A DNA stretch of 60,277 nt, taken from the NCBI GenBank assembly GCA_049967855.1, contig JBMFRX010000008.1:1-60277 (forward strand), given 5' to 3'. How positions within the stretch are numbered: position 1 is the stretch's first letter; each line of letters opens with the position of its first letter. Under the pieces are notes generated by a model that saw only the letters and a program-made list of their open reading frames with translations, was not told where the DNA came from and made no database searches. The DNA is from Caldisericaceae bacterium. Lineage in GTDB: Bacteria > Caldisericota > Caldisericia > Caldisericales > Caldisericaceae. The translations under genes and the position numbers were made by a program. Below, one piece after another: positions 1 to 9,672 of this stretch.

Positions 1-77
1 GAGAGCTCCGCTTTTCTATAATATCATATATATCTTTTCTAAAGATAGATTTATCATCCTGTAGAGCTTGAATCAAA
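1..77 (+). repeat. 77-bp exact direct repeat, copy 1 (copy 2 at 698-774)
   Basis: Bases 1-77 (gagagctccg...cttgaatcaaa) are identical to 698-774 and diverge at 78/775. Confidence 0.95.
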
Positions 78-228
78 AACTCATCAATCATACTGCTTTT
101 CTCTTTCTTCGTTAACTTCTGGTATCTCATTGCCTCTTCTCTTATCACAGCCTTTCTCTCTTGATGGATTTACTCATAAAGCCTCCTTCACTTAGTTTCT
201 TTAGAACTTCTTCTAAGTTTTTCATCAT
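78..228 (-). pseudogene. Frameshifted, truncated N-terminus of a DDE/rve-type IS transposase
   Basis: SD GGAGG before ATG at 228 and ATG at 177. Adding 1 nt near 160 gives MSKSIKERKAVIREEAMRYQKLTKKEKSSMIDEF, resembling the ERKAV..RY.K..KKEK..ILDEF N-terminus of an IS transposase family (recalled from memory). Confidence 0.65.
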
Positions 229-251
229 TTTACCTCCATTTCTATTTTTGA

Positions 252-378
252 AGAATCTGTTGAAAAGGATCACAGATTACAGAAGATTAAGATTTTTATG
301 TGAGGCAACGATTTAATTTCACAGAATCTGCTCACAAAGAGCACAGATTAGAAAAGAGTAAGATTTTTGATGAGGCAA
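252..378. mobile_element. Two imperfect ~57-nt direct repeats (252-308, 323-378), probable IS left-end repeats
   Basis: Both copies read agaatctg-N-cacagatta-N-aagattttt-N-tgaggcaa and contain an aatctg...cagatt inverted repeat; they lie directly upstream of the transposase remnant. Confidence 0.6.
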
Positions 379-387
379 TTCGCGCTC

Positions 388-415
388 TTGACACATAATG
401 TGAAAAGATTATAAT
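388..415 (+). promoter_or_regulatory. Sigma70-type promoter for the DUF2892 gene
   Basis: TTGACA (388-393), 16 nt, TATAAT (410-415); SD AAGGAGGT before ATG 461. Confidence 0.75.
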
Positions 416-460
416 ATTATATGTATAAATAGTTATAATTTAAGGAGAAGGAGGTAAAAG

Positions 461-667
461 ATGGCTAATTGTCCACTTAGAAACGAAAGTAACATCGACA
501 GAACAATAAGGATAATACTCGGTATCGTTCTACTCGTACTTGGCATTTTTGTCTATAAAGGAACTACAGCTATTATCCTTGACGTGATTGGAGCCATTGC
601 TTTACTCACAGGCCTTACAGGATTCTGCGGCATATACAGGCTTTTTGGGATTTCAACAAGAAAGTAA
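461..667 (+). CDS. DUF2892 (YgaP-like) small membrane protein
   Basis: NESNIDRTIRIILG...TGLTGFCGIYRLFGIST signature; two TM helices; strong SD. Confidence 0.9.
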   Translation: MANCPLRNESNIDRTIRIILGIVLLVLGIFVYKGTTAIILDVIGAIALLTGLTGFCGIYRLFGISTRK

Positions 668-668
668 A

Positions 669-1271
669 CTAAATTGATGCGGAGTTCCTACTATTAAGAG
701 AGCTCCGCTTTTCTATAATATCATATATATCTTTTCTAAAGATAGATTTATCATCCTGTAGAGCTTGAATCAAATTCACCGAAAAGACATTTTTCTCACG
801 GAGGTATAAACCAGAAAGAGTGTTAATTATAACATATTCTGCTTTTTCTTTAAGCTCCACTGCATCTGCCTTTGGAAGAGTCCCTTCCATCTGGACATAG
901 AATATCAATTCTGGTTTTTCATAACTTATGAAAGAATTCCCCTCAATTATGATATCTTCATGAACTAAATCCAAAACAGTGTGCAGTAGACCGCCTAGCT
1001 CTGTTTTCTCTCCCCGCACCCAAAAAGTTTCTTTTGCCCTATATTTCTCAAAATAATAAGTATCTTTCTTATCCTTGAGCAACTCATTTCTATCAACAAC
1101 AAAACAAGGATTTTTCAAGAAACGTTCAGAAGAGGTAACAATTCCTTGTCCATATCTCCTTGAAGGGGTTATCTTAATCACGGAAAATCTATGCGGAAAA
1201 AGCTTTAACAGAATTCTCGTGAGGGTAGTCTTGCCAGAGCCGCTCTTTGCACCTGCGATGAGTATAATCAT
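669..1271 (-). CDS. P-loop NTPase, MobB-like
   Basis: N-terminal GAKSGSGKTT Walker A; VIKIT, KDT and IIEGNS motifs; overlaps the topB stop. Confidence 0.6.
   Translation of the reverse strand: MIILIAGAKSGSGKTTLTRILLKLFPHRFSVIKITPSRRYGQGIVTSSERFLKNPCFVVDRNELLKDKKDTYYFEKYRAKETFWVRGEKTELGGLLHTVLDLVHEDIIIEGNSFISYEKPELIFYVQMEGTLPKADAVELKEKAEYVIINTLSGLYLREKNVFSVNLIQALQDDKSIFRKDIYDIIEKRSSLNSRNSASI
698..774 (+). repeat. 77-bp exact direct repeat, copy 2
   Basis: Identical to 1-77; lies within the 3' end of the MobB-like gene. Confidence 0.95.
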
Positions 1272-3661
1272 TTCTTGTTTTTTGCTTTTGTCCGTTTCTC
1301 AAACTCGAATTTTACAATGCCACTCTTGTCAAGAAAAAGATAAGCCGAAAAACTTCTTCCTTTTTTGCTCTTAAACCCAGTGAGGAGTGGTGACTTGCCT
1401 TTTTCTATGATTTCCTTAAGCTCCTCACGAGTTATTACTCTTCCTCCCATAACCTTTTTCATTTTGAATTTGCAAATTTCATTATCACAGAAGTATGTTT
1501 CTTTACCCTCCACTATGTTTCCATCGCAATTAGGACATTTTGCGATAGGGGTTCTATCAACAATTTCATCTTTAACTGCTTCAGGGAAGATAAAAGCAAC
1601 TTTACCACTTTCAAGCTTTATGTCTGTCGAAAAATACTTCTTGTAACGCGAAAGAAGTTTATCAATATGTATGGTTTCTCCTCTCAAAAGAGCTTCAGCC
1701 ATATCACGAGTTATCTGCCTGTTAATCAATTTTTTCCAAAGAATAAAGTCACACTTCTTGCTTTCCACATTTTCACAAACATATCCTTTTGCCGTCTCAT
1801 ACACTTTTCCGCCACATTTTGGGCACGTTCCCACAGGCTCGCTGCTCCCAGTATTCACGCTAAGATCTCCCTTGTAATTCTTCACCTTGTCAACAATAAC
1901 AGTTGTAAGCTTCGAAATACCTTTTAGAAAGGTTTCTGGCTTATATTTTCCTTTTTCAATAGAGATAAGCTTGGCTTCCCATTCGCCTGTTAGTGCAGGG
2001 GATAGAAGTTCGTTGACCTCAACAGAAGACATCAGGTCAATCAAACGAATACCTTTATCAGTTGGCACCAGGCTTTTCCAAAGCCTCTCAATGTAACCAA
2101 CTTCAATCAATCTTTCTATTATGGCAGCCCTCGTGGCAGGTGTTCCTATTCCCTTCTCTTTTAGGTTCTCTTTAAGTTCTTCGTCCTCAACAAATTTTCC
2201 TGCATTCTCCATAGCCGAAAGTATTGTGGCATCAGTAAAACGAGGTGGAGGCGCAGTTTGCTTTGCCACAACTGTTATCTCTGCAAGCTCTGCTTTGTCG
2301 CCGTTTTTCATTTTAACAAAGTCTTCTTGAGAGGCGTGCCCATAAACAGCCATCCAACCAGGAGATTTTATCCTTGATAGATTGGTCCTGAATACTTCAT
2401 TTTTCACAACGGTGTCGAAGGTAAGTTTCTCTGTTAAAGAGTCGTCCATAAAAACAGCTATGAAACGTTTTGTTATCATATCAAAAAGATTTGCTTCTTC
2501 CTTTGTGAGATTTCCAATATTAGCCCTCTCACCTGTAGGGATGATAGCATAATGGTCCGAAACCCCTTTGTCGTTTATTATACGTGGAGTAATCCTCAAG
2601 GGACTCTTAAGAATTGATTCTACAAACTCGGAATATGGCTCAATGTTTAGTCCTTCAAGAGTCTTTTTGAGATTCCCCTTAAGAGATGCAGGAAGATATC
2701 GGCTATCGGTTCGTGGATAGGTTATGAGTTTCCTTTTTTCATAGAGGGACTGTGCAATATTAAGGGTTCTCTGAGCAGTGTAACCCAAAGCTCTATTAGC
2801 CTCCCTTTGTAGCTCAGTCAAATCGAATAAAAGAGGTGGCGCTGTTTTAACTGTCTTGTTTGAAATGTTTGTTACGATTCCAGTTTCACCTTTCAACTTA
2901 CGTTTAAGTTCTCTTGCAAGAGACTCTTCCATTATTTTAGTTTCGCCTTTTGAATTTACATATGTTCCAAGATAAGTGCTTGATTCCTTAGCGAACTTGC
3001 CCTCCAACTCAAAATAGTCCTGAGGTTTGAAAGCCCTAATTTCCCGCTCTCTCTCACAGATTATGTTCAAAGTTGGAGTTTGCACTCTGCCAATAGAGAG
3101 AAGCGTTCCCCATCTTCTTGTAAAAGCCCTTGTTGCATTTATCCCAACAAGCCAGTCAGCTTCTGTCCTTGCAAATGCCGAGGCTCCAAGATTATCAAAT
3201 TCATCTGAGCTTTTGAGCTGTTTGAATTGTTTGGTAATTTCATCTTTTGTCATTGCAGAGAGCCACAGTCTTCTCAGTTCTCTGTCTTTGGAAGGAATAA
3301 GGAAAAGAATTTCTCTGAAAATAAGCTCTCCTTCTCTCCCTGCATCACACGCATTCACTATGGAAGAAACATCGTTACGCTTAACAAGTTTCTTAATTGC
3401 GTTAAAACGTGTTTTTGTAGCTTCTATTGGCTTAAACTTGAATTCATCTGGTATGATAGGCAAATTGGAAAGAGCCCAGAATTTATTTTTCTTGTCGTAA
3501 TCCTCAGGCTCAAAGAGTTCAACTATATGTCCTACTGACCACGTCACGATATAGTCATCATTCTCATAGTAGTCTTTCATATTCTCGAAATCCCCGAGTG
3601 CCTTAGCAATGTCGGCAGCAACAGAGGGTTTCTCGGCAATAATGAGTTGTTTTGTTTTCAT
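1268..3661 (-). CDS. topB: DNA topoisomerase III (type IA)
   Basis: IAEKPSVA, CDAGREGE, GRVQTPT, LITYPRTD (catalytic Tyr), GIGTPATRA, C-terminal Cys zinc-ribbon repeats; start moved to ATG 3661 behind GAGG. Confidence 0.92.
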   Translation of the reverse strand: MKTKQLIIAEKPSVAADIAKALGDFENMKDYYENDDYIVTWSVGHIVELFEPEDYDKKNKFWALSNLPIIPDEFKFKPIEATKTRFNAIKKLVKRNDVSSIVNACDAGREGELIFREILFLIPSKDRELRRLWLSAMTKDEITKQFKQLKSSDEFDNLGASAFARTEADWLVGINATRAFTRRWGTLLSIGRVQTPTLNIICEREREIRAFKPQDYFELEGKFAKESSTYLGTYVNSKGETKIMEESLARELKRKLKGETGIVTNISNKTVKTAPPLLFDLTELQREANRALGYTAQRTLNIAQSLYEKRKLITYPRTDSRYLPASLKGNLKKTLEGLNIEPYSEFVESILKSPLRITPRIINDKGVSDHYAIIPTGERANIGNLTKEEANLFDMITKRFIAVFMDDSLTEKLTFDTVVKNEVFRTNLSRIKSPGWMAVYGHASQEDFVKMKNGDKAELAEITVVAKQTAPPPRFTDATILSAMENAGKFVEDEELKENLKEKGIGTPATRAAIIERLIEVGYIERLWKSLVPTDKGIRLIDLMSSVEVNELLSPALTGEWEAKLISIEKGKYKPETFLKGISKLTTVIVDKVKNYKGDLSVNTGSSEPVGTCPKCGGKVYETAKGYVCENVESKKCDFILWKKLINRQITRDMAEALLRGETIHIDKLLSRYKKYFSTDIKLESGKVAFIFPEAVKDEIVDRTPIAKCPNCDGNIVEGKETYFCDNEICKFKMKKVMGGRVITREELKEIIEKGKSPLLTGFKSKKGRSFSAYLFLDKSGIVKFEFEKRTKAKNKK

Positions 3662-3715
3662 TTTTCCTCGTTTCTTCTTAATTTTTACCAACATATTATA
3701 CAAATAGTATGAAAT

Positions 3716-3740
3716 AAAAAAACCCCGGGATTAACCGGGG
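3716..3740 (-). terminator. Intrinsic terminator of csp copy 1
   Basis: ccccgg-N6-ccgggg hairpin followed by a U-tract on the minus strand. Confidence 0.85.
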
Positions 3741-3765
3741 AATTTACGCTGTTACAAATGGAGTT

Positions 3766-3978
3766 TTACTCTATAATTGTAACGTTGACTGCCTTCTCGC
3801 CCTTGTCGCTTTGCTCGACTTCAAATTCTACTTTCTGTCCTTCTTTTAAGGACTTGTAACCGTCTGACTTAATTGCAGAGTAGTGCACGAAGAGATCCTT
3901 CGATCCATTGTCTGGGACAATGAAGCCAAAACCTTTTTGAGAGTTGAACCACTTAACTCTCCCTGTTAGTCTTTCCAA
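3766..3978 (-). CDS. Cold-shock protein (CSD), copy 1
   Basis: [27 protein letters not shown] start at 3978 8 nt after GGAGG gives 70 aa, the same as copy 2. Confidence 0.95.
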   Translation of the reverse strand: MERLTGRVKWFNSQKGFGFIVPDNGSKDLFVHYSAIKSDGYKSLKEGQKVEFEVEQSDKGEKAVNVTIIE

Positions 3979-4085
3979 CTTTACAACCTCCACTGAAATT
4001 TCTGTGTTTCCACAGTTATGTAAATTATATTTAATTTTTTTGAATTTGCAAATGCAAATATTCCAATTTTATTAAAAACTTGAAT

Positions 4086-4113
4086 AAAAAAATCCCCGTG
4101 AAATACGGGGATT
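4086..4113 (-). terminator. Intrinsic terminator of csp copy 2
   Basis: tccccgt-gaaat-acgggga hairpin plus U-tract on the minus strand. Confidence 0.85.
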
Positions 4114-4134
4114 GCTTTGTTACGAAATGGATTA

Positions 4135-4347
4135 TTAGTCTATAACTGTAACGTTAACGGCTTTATCGCCTTTGTCGCTCTTTTCAACTTCATATTCAAC
4201 TTTCTGCTCTTCTCTCAAAGACTTGTAACCGTCTGATTTGATTGAAGAGTAATGCACGAAGAGATCCTTCGATCCATTGTCTGGGACAATGAAGCCAAAA
4301 CCTTTTTGTGAGTTAAACCATTTAACTCTACCTGTTAATCTTTCCAA
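4135..4347 (-). CDS. Cold-shock protein (CSD), copy 2
   Basis: RNP1/RNP2 motifs KGFGFI and LFVHY; TTG start with GGAGG SD. Confidence 0.95.
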   Translation of the reverse strand: MERLTGRVKWFNSQKGFGFIVPDNGSKDLFVHYSSIKSDGYKSLREEQKVEYEVEKSDKGDKAVNVTVID

Positions 4348-4431
4348 ATTAGGAAACCTCCAACAAAATTTCTGTATCTTACACAGATAACATAGTATAC
4401 ACTAAAAAAAATAAATTACAATGGATGAAAT

Positions 4432-5649
4432 TCACTTTTGTCTAAAAAACTTCTTATCTTTGATTTCTTCAGGAAGATATGTCTCACCTTTAACAATGCT
4501 TCCTTCATAATTATGAGGATATTTGTAGTCCTTTCCATAGCCCATCTCCTTCATTAGCTTTGTAACAGGATTAAGAAGTTTCCTGGGTATTTCAAGGCTT
4601 CCAGTGCTATCTATTGTCTCAATTGCGTCCTTTTCAGCCAGATACAATTCATTGCTCTTTGGAGCATTGGCTAAGTAGACGCATGCTTCTAAAAGCACAA
4701 GATAACCTTCAGGAGCTCCAACAAAGTTGAAGGAATTCATTGCTGCATTGGCAATTACAAGAGCCATAGGGTCCGTTATTCCGATATCTTCAGCCGCGAA
4801 ACGAATCATTCTGCGAGCAATATAGAGAGGGTCTTCACCAGCCTTGATCATTCTATACATATAGTATGTGGCGGCATTTGGGTCACTGCCGCGCATGCTC
4901 TTGATGAAAGCAGAAATCAGATCATAATGTAATTCCTTACCATAGATAAGTACTTTATCCTGAAACAGCTCTATATCTCTATATTCTATGGTTTGTTTGT
5001 CAATCGAAGTGAGAATTGATTCTACGATATTTAGCGCTTTCCTTCCATCGCCATCACTCTGTTCTACAATATACTTGAGTGCTTCTTCCGAAATTTCACG
5101 GCCTTTAATGTATTCATCATTCAAAAGTGCATTCTTAATTATCTGCACTATTTCCTCATCCTTGAGTTTTTCAAAGAAGAATATCGATAGCCTTGAAAGA
5201 AGCGCAGAATTAACATAGAAAGACGGATTTTCGGTTGTAAGGGCAATAAGAATTATCTCTCCTTTTTCAACATAGTCAAGGAAGGCATCCTGCTCTCTCC
5301 TTGTAAAGTGCTGCATTTCATCAACAATAATGATAGGCGTAATCTGAGAGAATGATGTCTCTTTTATAAGGTTCTCAAGACTCTTCTTTACGTCCTTTAT
5401 GTGCTCGGTAGTAGCACTGAAAGAAACAGTTCTCATTCCTGCCGATGCAATCTGTGCAATTGTAGTCTTTCCAGTTCCAGGCGGTCCATAGATAAGAAAC
5501 GAATGCAAATTTCCGCTTTCAATCATTTTTCGAAGCGGGCGCCCATGAGAAAGCTCTTTGGATTGCCCAACAAATTCATTGAGCGTTTTCGGCCTAACTC
5601 TGTATGCAAGAGGCGGAATTGCTTCGTTGCTCTCTTTAAAAAGATCCAT
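4432..5649 (-). CDS. rarA: Replication-associated recombination protein A (MgsA/RarA AAA+ ATPase)
   Basis: PLAYRVRP, GPPGTGKTT, TTENPSF, HYDLISAFIKSMRGSD, YKYPH. Confidence 0.95.
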   Translation of the reverse strand: MDLFKESNEAIPPLAYRVRPKTLNEFVGQSKELSHGRPLRKMIESGNLHSFLIYGPPGTGKTTIAQIASAGMRTVSFSATTEHIKDVKKSLENLIKETSFSQITPIIIVDEMQHFTRREQDAFLDYVEKGEIILIALTTENPSFYVNSALLSRLSIFFFEKLKDEEIVQIIKNALLNDEYIKGREISEEALKYIVEQSDGDGRKALNIVESILTSIDKQTIEYRDIELFQDKVLIYGKELHYDLISAFIKSMRGSDPNAATYYMYRMIKAGEDPLYIARRMIRFAAEDIGITDPMALVIANAAMNSFNFVGAPEGYLVLLEACVYLANAPKSNELYLAEKDAIETIDSTGSLEIPRKLLNPVTKLMKEMGYGKDYKYPHNYEGSIVKGETYLPEEIKDKKFFRQK

Positions 5650-6818
5650 TAAAGTACCTTCACCTCACTGAGCTCGCTTAAAACATAATTTCTAACTTCA
5701 TCAGCGGACTCTTCATTATAGACAACTGTTCCGTCAAGGATAACTGGCACCAATGCTTCTTCAAAATAATCAAATTTCTGTTTGTCTCCAAAAGGAACAA
5801 CCTTGTAATGAACAGTTCCGTCCTTAATTGCCTTGAAAACACTCTTCCTTCCAGCAAACTTACCACGCTTTGCAAGAGGCTTCCCGTCAATCTCCACTAT
5901 GTCCATAGCAAAATCGATCGTGTTTGCATTTGCAATTGAAGTACCCACTCCAAAACCATCAACGCCTGCTTCAACTAATTCAGCAATATTATCCTCGTTT
6001 AAGCCGCCTGAAACGAAAACCTTCACATAATCAAATCCATTGACCTTAAGTTCCCACTTAACCTCTCTTACAATATCTGCAATTGAACCTCTCCGAGAAG
6101 AAGGCGTATCAAGCCTAACTCCTGAAAGATGTTTGCCAATTGCCTTTGCTGCAAGTAACGATTCAAATTTCTCATCTCCAAAAGTATCAACAAGCGTCAT
6201 ACGGGGAACTGCTGGGTCAACAATCTCATCGAAAGTCTTCACTGCTTCAACTACTCCTCCCATACTTATGATGAGAGCATGAGGCACTGTTCCTGTAGGA
6301 TTGTGCCCGATAGTTCGTGCACCTATGAGACTTGAGACACCGTCACAGCCACCTATGAAGGCTGCCCTATCTATCATCGGCGCAAGAGCAGGATGCATTC
6401 TCCTGATTCCAAACGAAAGAACAGACTTGTCTCCTGCAAGCTTTTTAACCCTCGCAGCCTTTGTTGCTATTCCTGATGCTTCGCAAATAAACCCAAGCAT
6501 AGGGGTTTCGAAACGAGCAAAGTCAAGATAGTTGCCCTCTATCACAATAACAGGGACAGTAGTGCCGTTATCATCTCGTGAAGTAAAAACAGTACCTTCT
6601 TTTAAAGCCCACATATTAATAGGCAAACCTTTCATTAGTTCAATTATCTCAGGGAGTCCTACAAAAACACCCCACGGATTCTCCAGATGATTTACCGTAA
6701 ATTCAGCCACAACTCTTCGATTTATTCCCTTGCTCCTGAGGATTTCTTCTGTCCTGATAAAATAGATATCAGTGGTAAGTCCTTCTTTGATTTCTTCGTC
6801 TTTAGCTACAAAAAACAT
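5649..6818 (-). CDS. pncB: Nicotinate phosphoribosyltransferase (short, archaeal-like type)
   Basis: TTDIYF, SFGIRRMHP, GTVPH, VRLDTPSSRRG, VSGGL, FGVGT. Confidence 0.9.
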   Translation of the reverse strand: MFFVAKDEEIKEGLTTDIYFIRTEEILRSKGINRRVVAEFTVNHLENPWGVFVGLPEIIELMKGLPINMWALKEGTVFTSRDDNGTTVPVIVIEGNYLDFARFETPMLGFICEASGIATKAARVKKLAGDKSVLSFGIRRMHPALAPMIDRAAFIGGCDGVSSLIGARTIGHNPTGTVPHALIISMGGVVEAVKTFDEIVDPAVPRMTLVDTFGDEKFESLLAAKAIGKHLSGVRLDTPSSRRGSIADIVREVKWELKVNGFDYVKVFVSGGLNEDNIAELVEAGVDGFGVGTSIANANTIDFAMDIVEIDGKPLAKRGKFAGRKSVFKAIKDGTVHYKVVPFGDKQKFDYFEEALVPVILDGTVVYNEESADEVRNYVLSELSEVKVL

Positions 6819-6827
6819 TTTTTCCTC

Positions 6828-9584
6828 CTATGGATTATTTTGCTCATTGAGCAATTTTAGAATTTGTTCCAAATCTTTTAGCTCTTTGCCTGCAAGGTCG
6901 AAATCACCACTCCCAACGTACTTTTTGTACAACTCAAGGTGCTGGTATGCAGAAATGATCAGCTCCTTATCAGACGTTTGTCCTGAAGGTGGAGTTGGAG
7001 TTGGCGTGTAATTGCCTCCGAAGAGCAAGTTAACAGCATCCTCAAATGTATCCCCCCATACAAGTTTGCCAGACGTAGCTAACACGATCTTCTTGATTTG
7101 AGGAAACTTCCCGCTGCTTGCCTGTAAATAAATAGGTTCAAGGTAAAGGAGAGCATTATGAACTGGCATTACAAGCGTATTCCCTCTGATTACCTCCGAA
7201 CCTTGCTGATTCCATAAAGTTAGCACTTTAGAAATCTCGGAATCCTGGTCAATGCGCGCCTCAATCTGTAGAGGTCCGTAGAACAGCTGCTCTTTAGGAA
7301 ATTGCATAACGTGAGTTTGTCCGTAGTAAGGCAAGTCAGAACGCCCAATAAGAAGGGCGACAAGATTGTTCTTTCCATATGGTGTAAAAGGATAAACAGA
7401 ATCAAATTCATAGCCATTCCCCTCGGGATTTTCCAGAATGACATAGTAAGGCAAGACTTGCTGGGTTCCACTATAGTATTTCTCAGTTGCAACAGCCCAT
7501 TTATCTTCCTTGTTATAAAAAACTTCTGGGTCGGTCATATGGTAAACATTATAAACACAGCCCTGCACCTCCATCAACTCGTCAGGATAGCGCATGTGCA
7601 TCTTGAAAAATTCTGGCATCTCATTGAAGTTTTTGAACAGGGTTGGGAAGGCCTTCTGATAAGTGGAGGCTAGAATATCGTTACTGTCAACTACATAAAA
7701 ACTTACATCACCTGTATAAGCATCAACAGCATACTTCACGGAATTTCTAAAATAATTAAACGTCTTGCCATTGTAAGTAAAGGACTCAGAGTAAGGGTAA
7801 AGAGAAGAATAAGTAAAAGCATCACCCATCCAGTAAAGCTTGCCGTCATCTCCAAGAACAATATATGGGTCAGTGCTGAAATCTAGGAATGGCGCCAGGC
7901 TTTCAACTCTTTCAAGAACATTCCTCTTGATAAGAATTTTGCTATTCGAATTAAGATAGCGCGAGAGGATGATATTTTGGTCATTGTAATCAAGAGCAAA
8001 AATAAGCCTATTAATTGGGGTCATAGGGATACCTGAACCACCTTTGTAATACGAATAAGCATTATCCTCGCCTTTTGGGTAATCAAATTCTGGGGTTGAA
8101 GCGTCTACAAAAACATAATTATCGGTTAACTCTCCAAAATAGATTTCAGGTTCTTTTACATTGAGCTCTGGCACAGTAGAAACAGGAGGAATATCTTTAA
8201 TCAAAAGATTAGGAAGGCCCTCCTGAGAGAACTCATTTACTGTATTCATACAGATTCCGTAGCCATGAGTGTACTTAATGTGAAGATTTACCCATGTCTT
8301 AGAGTTTTCTGAGAGGAGGCTCTGGTCAAGTTCGCGCGCACTTACCATAACTTCCCTTAACTCTCCATTAACTTTGTATCTATCAACATCTATATCATTA
8401 AATGTGTAATAAAGCCTTATCGACTGAATCTGTTGATAAGTATCCTTCAAAGCACGCCAATCCCAAAATCTTAAATTATCTGTCAGTTGCTTATCGTTCA
8501 ATATAGTTTCAGGTTGCAATGTTTGAGTGTTATTAACCTGAGTTAGATTAAACTTGTCAAGTCCTAACGCAGCCTGAGTTCCCTCGATGTTATAAGTCAA
8601 AAACTGCTTTTCCTTGGCAAGTTCATTGGGTTTTACAACCAGATACTGTACAAGAGAAGGGACAACTACATAAAGCACCACCCCCACAACAACTCCTGCC
8701 AGAAGAATTTTAATGACATTATTTCTATTTGTAAATCTTGGAGACGCGGCATAGAAAAATAAAAACAAGCTGCAAAGCAGGAAAATTAAAGAAAGAAGCT
8801 TGAACAGTGGAACTCGAGCATAGAGGTCAGTAAACCCCACTCCAAAAGCTGCTCCATCGGAACTTATCATCAGCGAATAAATGCTTAGATACGTTTTTGC
8901 GGAAAACAAAAGAAAAAGTATTCCGCCAATTACCGCAAGTAAATTTGTGGCATGGAAAGCAGATGGGGAATAGGAAGAAAAGTTATTCCTGATGTACAGA
9001 TTATACACAAGCTCCTCTATCAAAAACGCCACAACAGTTATGCCGATTAGGTAGCCCAGTAAAAGAGAGTAAAAAGGATAAGAAAACATGTAGAATGAAA
9101 TAGGTTTACTAAAAACTGGGTCAACTGCTGTTGTTGCTGTCCTGTTGATAAACATAAGAACTGTCATAAAATTATTGGAAAATGCTGCGGCAGTAAATAG
9201 AGAAAGAACTAATGGTACAAAAAAGCGCGAATATCTTATTATCTTCTCTCCTATTTCAAGTTCCTCTCGTCTTTCTGGAACATAAAAAGCAGAAAAGTAC
9301 ATAGCAAAAGAGACCAACAATGCAGCCAGGAATGTAACAACTCTTGAGGAAATCCTTGTGAGAATCGCTTTTATGAAGCCAATGCTCTGATACCAGAGCA
9401 AAGTAACTCCAAAGTCAGCCAGGCTTACTAGCAAGGAGACAAATACTATTCCAGCTACCGCAAATATAATCTGGAAATGTACTTCTCTATAACTTGTTAG
9501 CTTTCGCCCTTTAAGGCTAATTATTTTTATAAAAAGCGGTAAGAAGAACAGCGCGTACATAACCAAAACAATGAGCTCTATCAT
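6828..9584 (-). CDS. UPF0182 family membrane protein
   Basis: Multi-TM N-terminus; DPVF, YTHGYG, NYFRNSVK, GPLQIEARIDQ, GSEVIRGN. Start placed at ATG 9584 behind GGAGG (ATG 9599 possible). Confidence 0.9.
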   Translation of the reverse strand: MIELIVLVMYALFFLPLFIKIISLKGRKLTSYREVHFQIIFAVAGIVFVSLLVSLADFGVTLLWYQSIGFIKAILTRISSRVVTFLAALLVSFAMYFSAFYVPERREELEIGEKIIRYSRFFVPLVLSLFTAAAFSNNFMTVLMFINRTATTAVDPVFSKPISFYMFSYPFYSLLLGYLIGITVVAFLIEELVYNLYIRNNFSSYSPSAFHATNLLAVIGGILFLLFSAKTYLSIYSLMISSDGAAFGVGFTDLYARVPLFKLLSLIFLLCSLFLFFYAASPRFTNRNNVIKILLAGVVVGVVLYVVVPSLVQYLVVKPNELAKEKQFLTYNIEGTQAALGLDKFNLTQVNNTQTLQPETILNDKQLTDNLRFWDWRALKDTYQQIQSIRLYYTFNDIDVDRYKVNGELREVMVSARELDQSLLSENSKTWVNLHIKYTHGYGICMNTVNEFSQEGLPNLLIKDIPPVSTVPELNVKEPEIYFGELTDNYVFVDASTPEFDYPKGEDNAYSYYKGGSGIPMTPINRLIFALDYNDQNIILSRYLNSNSKILIKRNVLERVESLAPFLDFSTDPYIVLGDDGKLYWMGDAFTYSSLYPYSESFTYNGKTFNYFRNSVKYAVDAYTGDVSFYVVDSNDILASTYQKAFPTLFKNFNEMPEFFKMHMRYPDELMEVQGCVYNVYHMTDPEVFYNKEDKWAVATEKYYSGTQQVLPYYVILENPEGNGYEFDSVYPFTPYGKNNLVALLIGRSDLPYYGQTHVMQFPKEQLFYGPLQIEARIDQDSEISKVLTLWNQQGSEVIRGNTLVMPVHNALLYLEPIYLQASSGKFPQIKKIVLATSGKLVWGDTFEDAVNLLFGGNYTPTPTPPSGQTSDKELIISAYQHLELYKKYVGSGDFDLAGKELKDLEQILKLLNEQNNP

Positions 9585-9618
9585 TTCTGCCTCCAGCATA
9601 TTATAGTATAAAAGTATT

Positions 9619-9651
9619 AAAAAAGGCAGGCGCCCTTAAGCAACCTGCCTT
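9619..9651 (-). terminator. Intrinsic terminator after the SLH protein gene
   Basis: aaggcagg...cctgcctt stem with a U-tract on the minus strand. Confidence 0.75.
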
Positions 9652-9672
9652 ACAAATCTAAACTGAAGCTTT

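Noticed and set aside
252..378. Possible CRISPR mini-array
   Set aside because: Only two imperfect copies, a ~14-nt gap and no cas genes; better explained as an IS end
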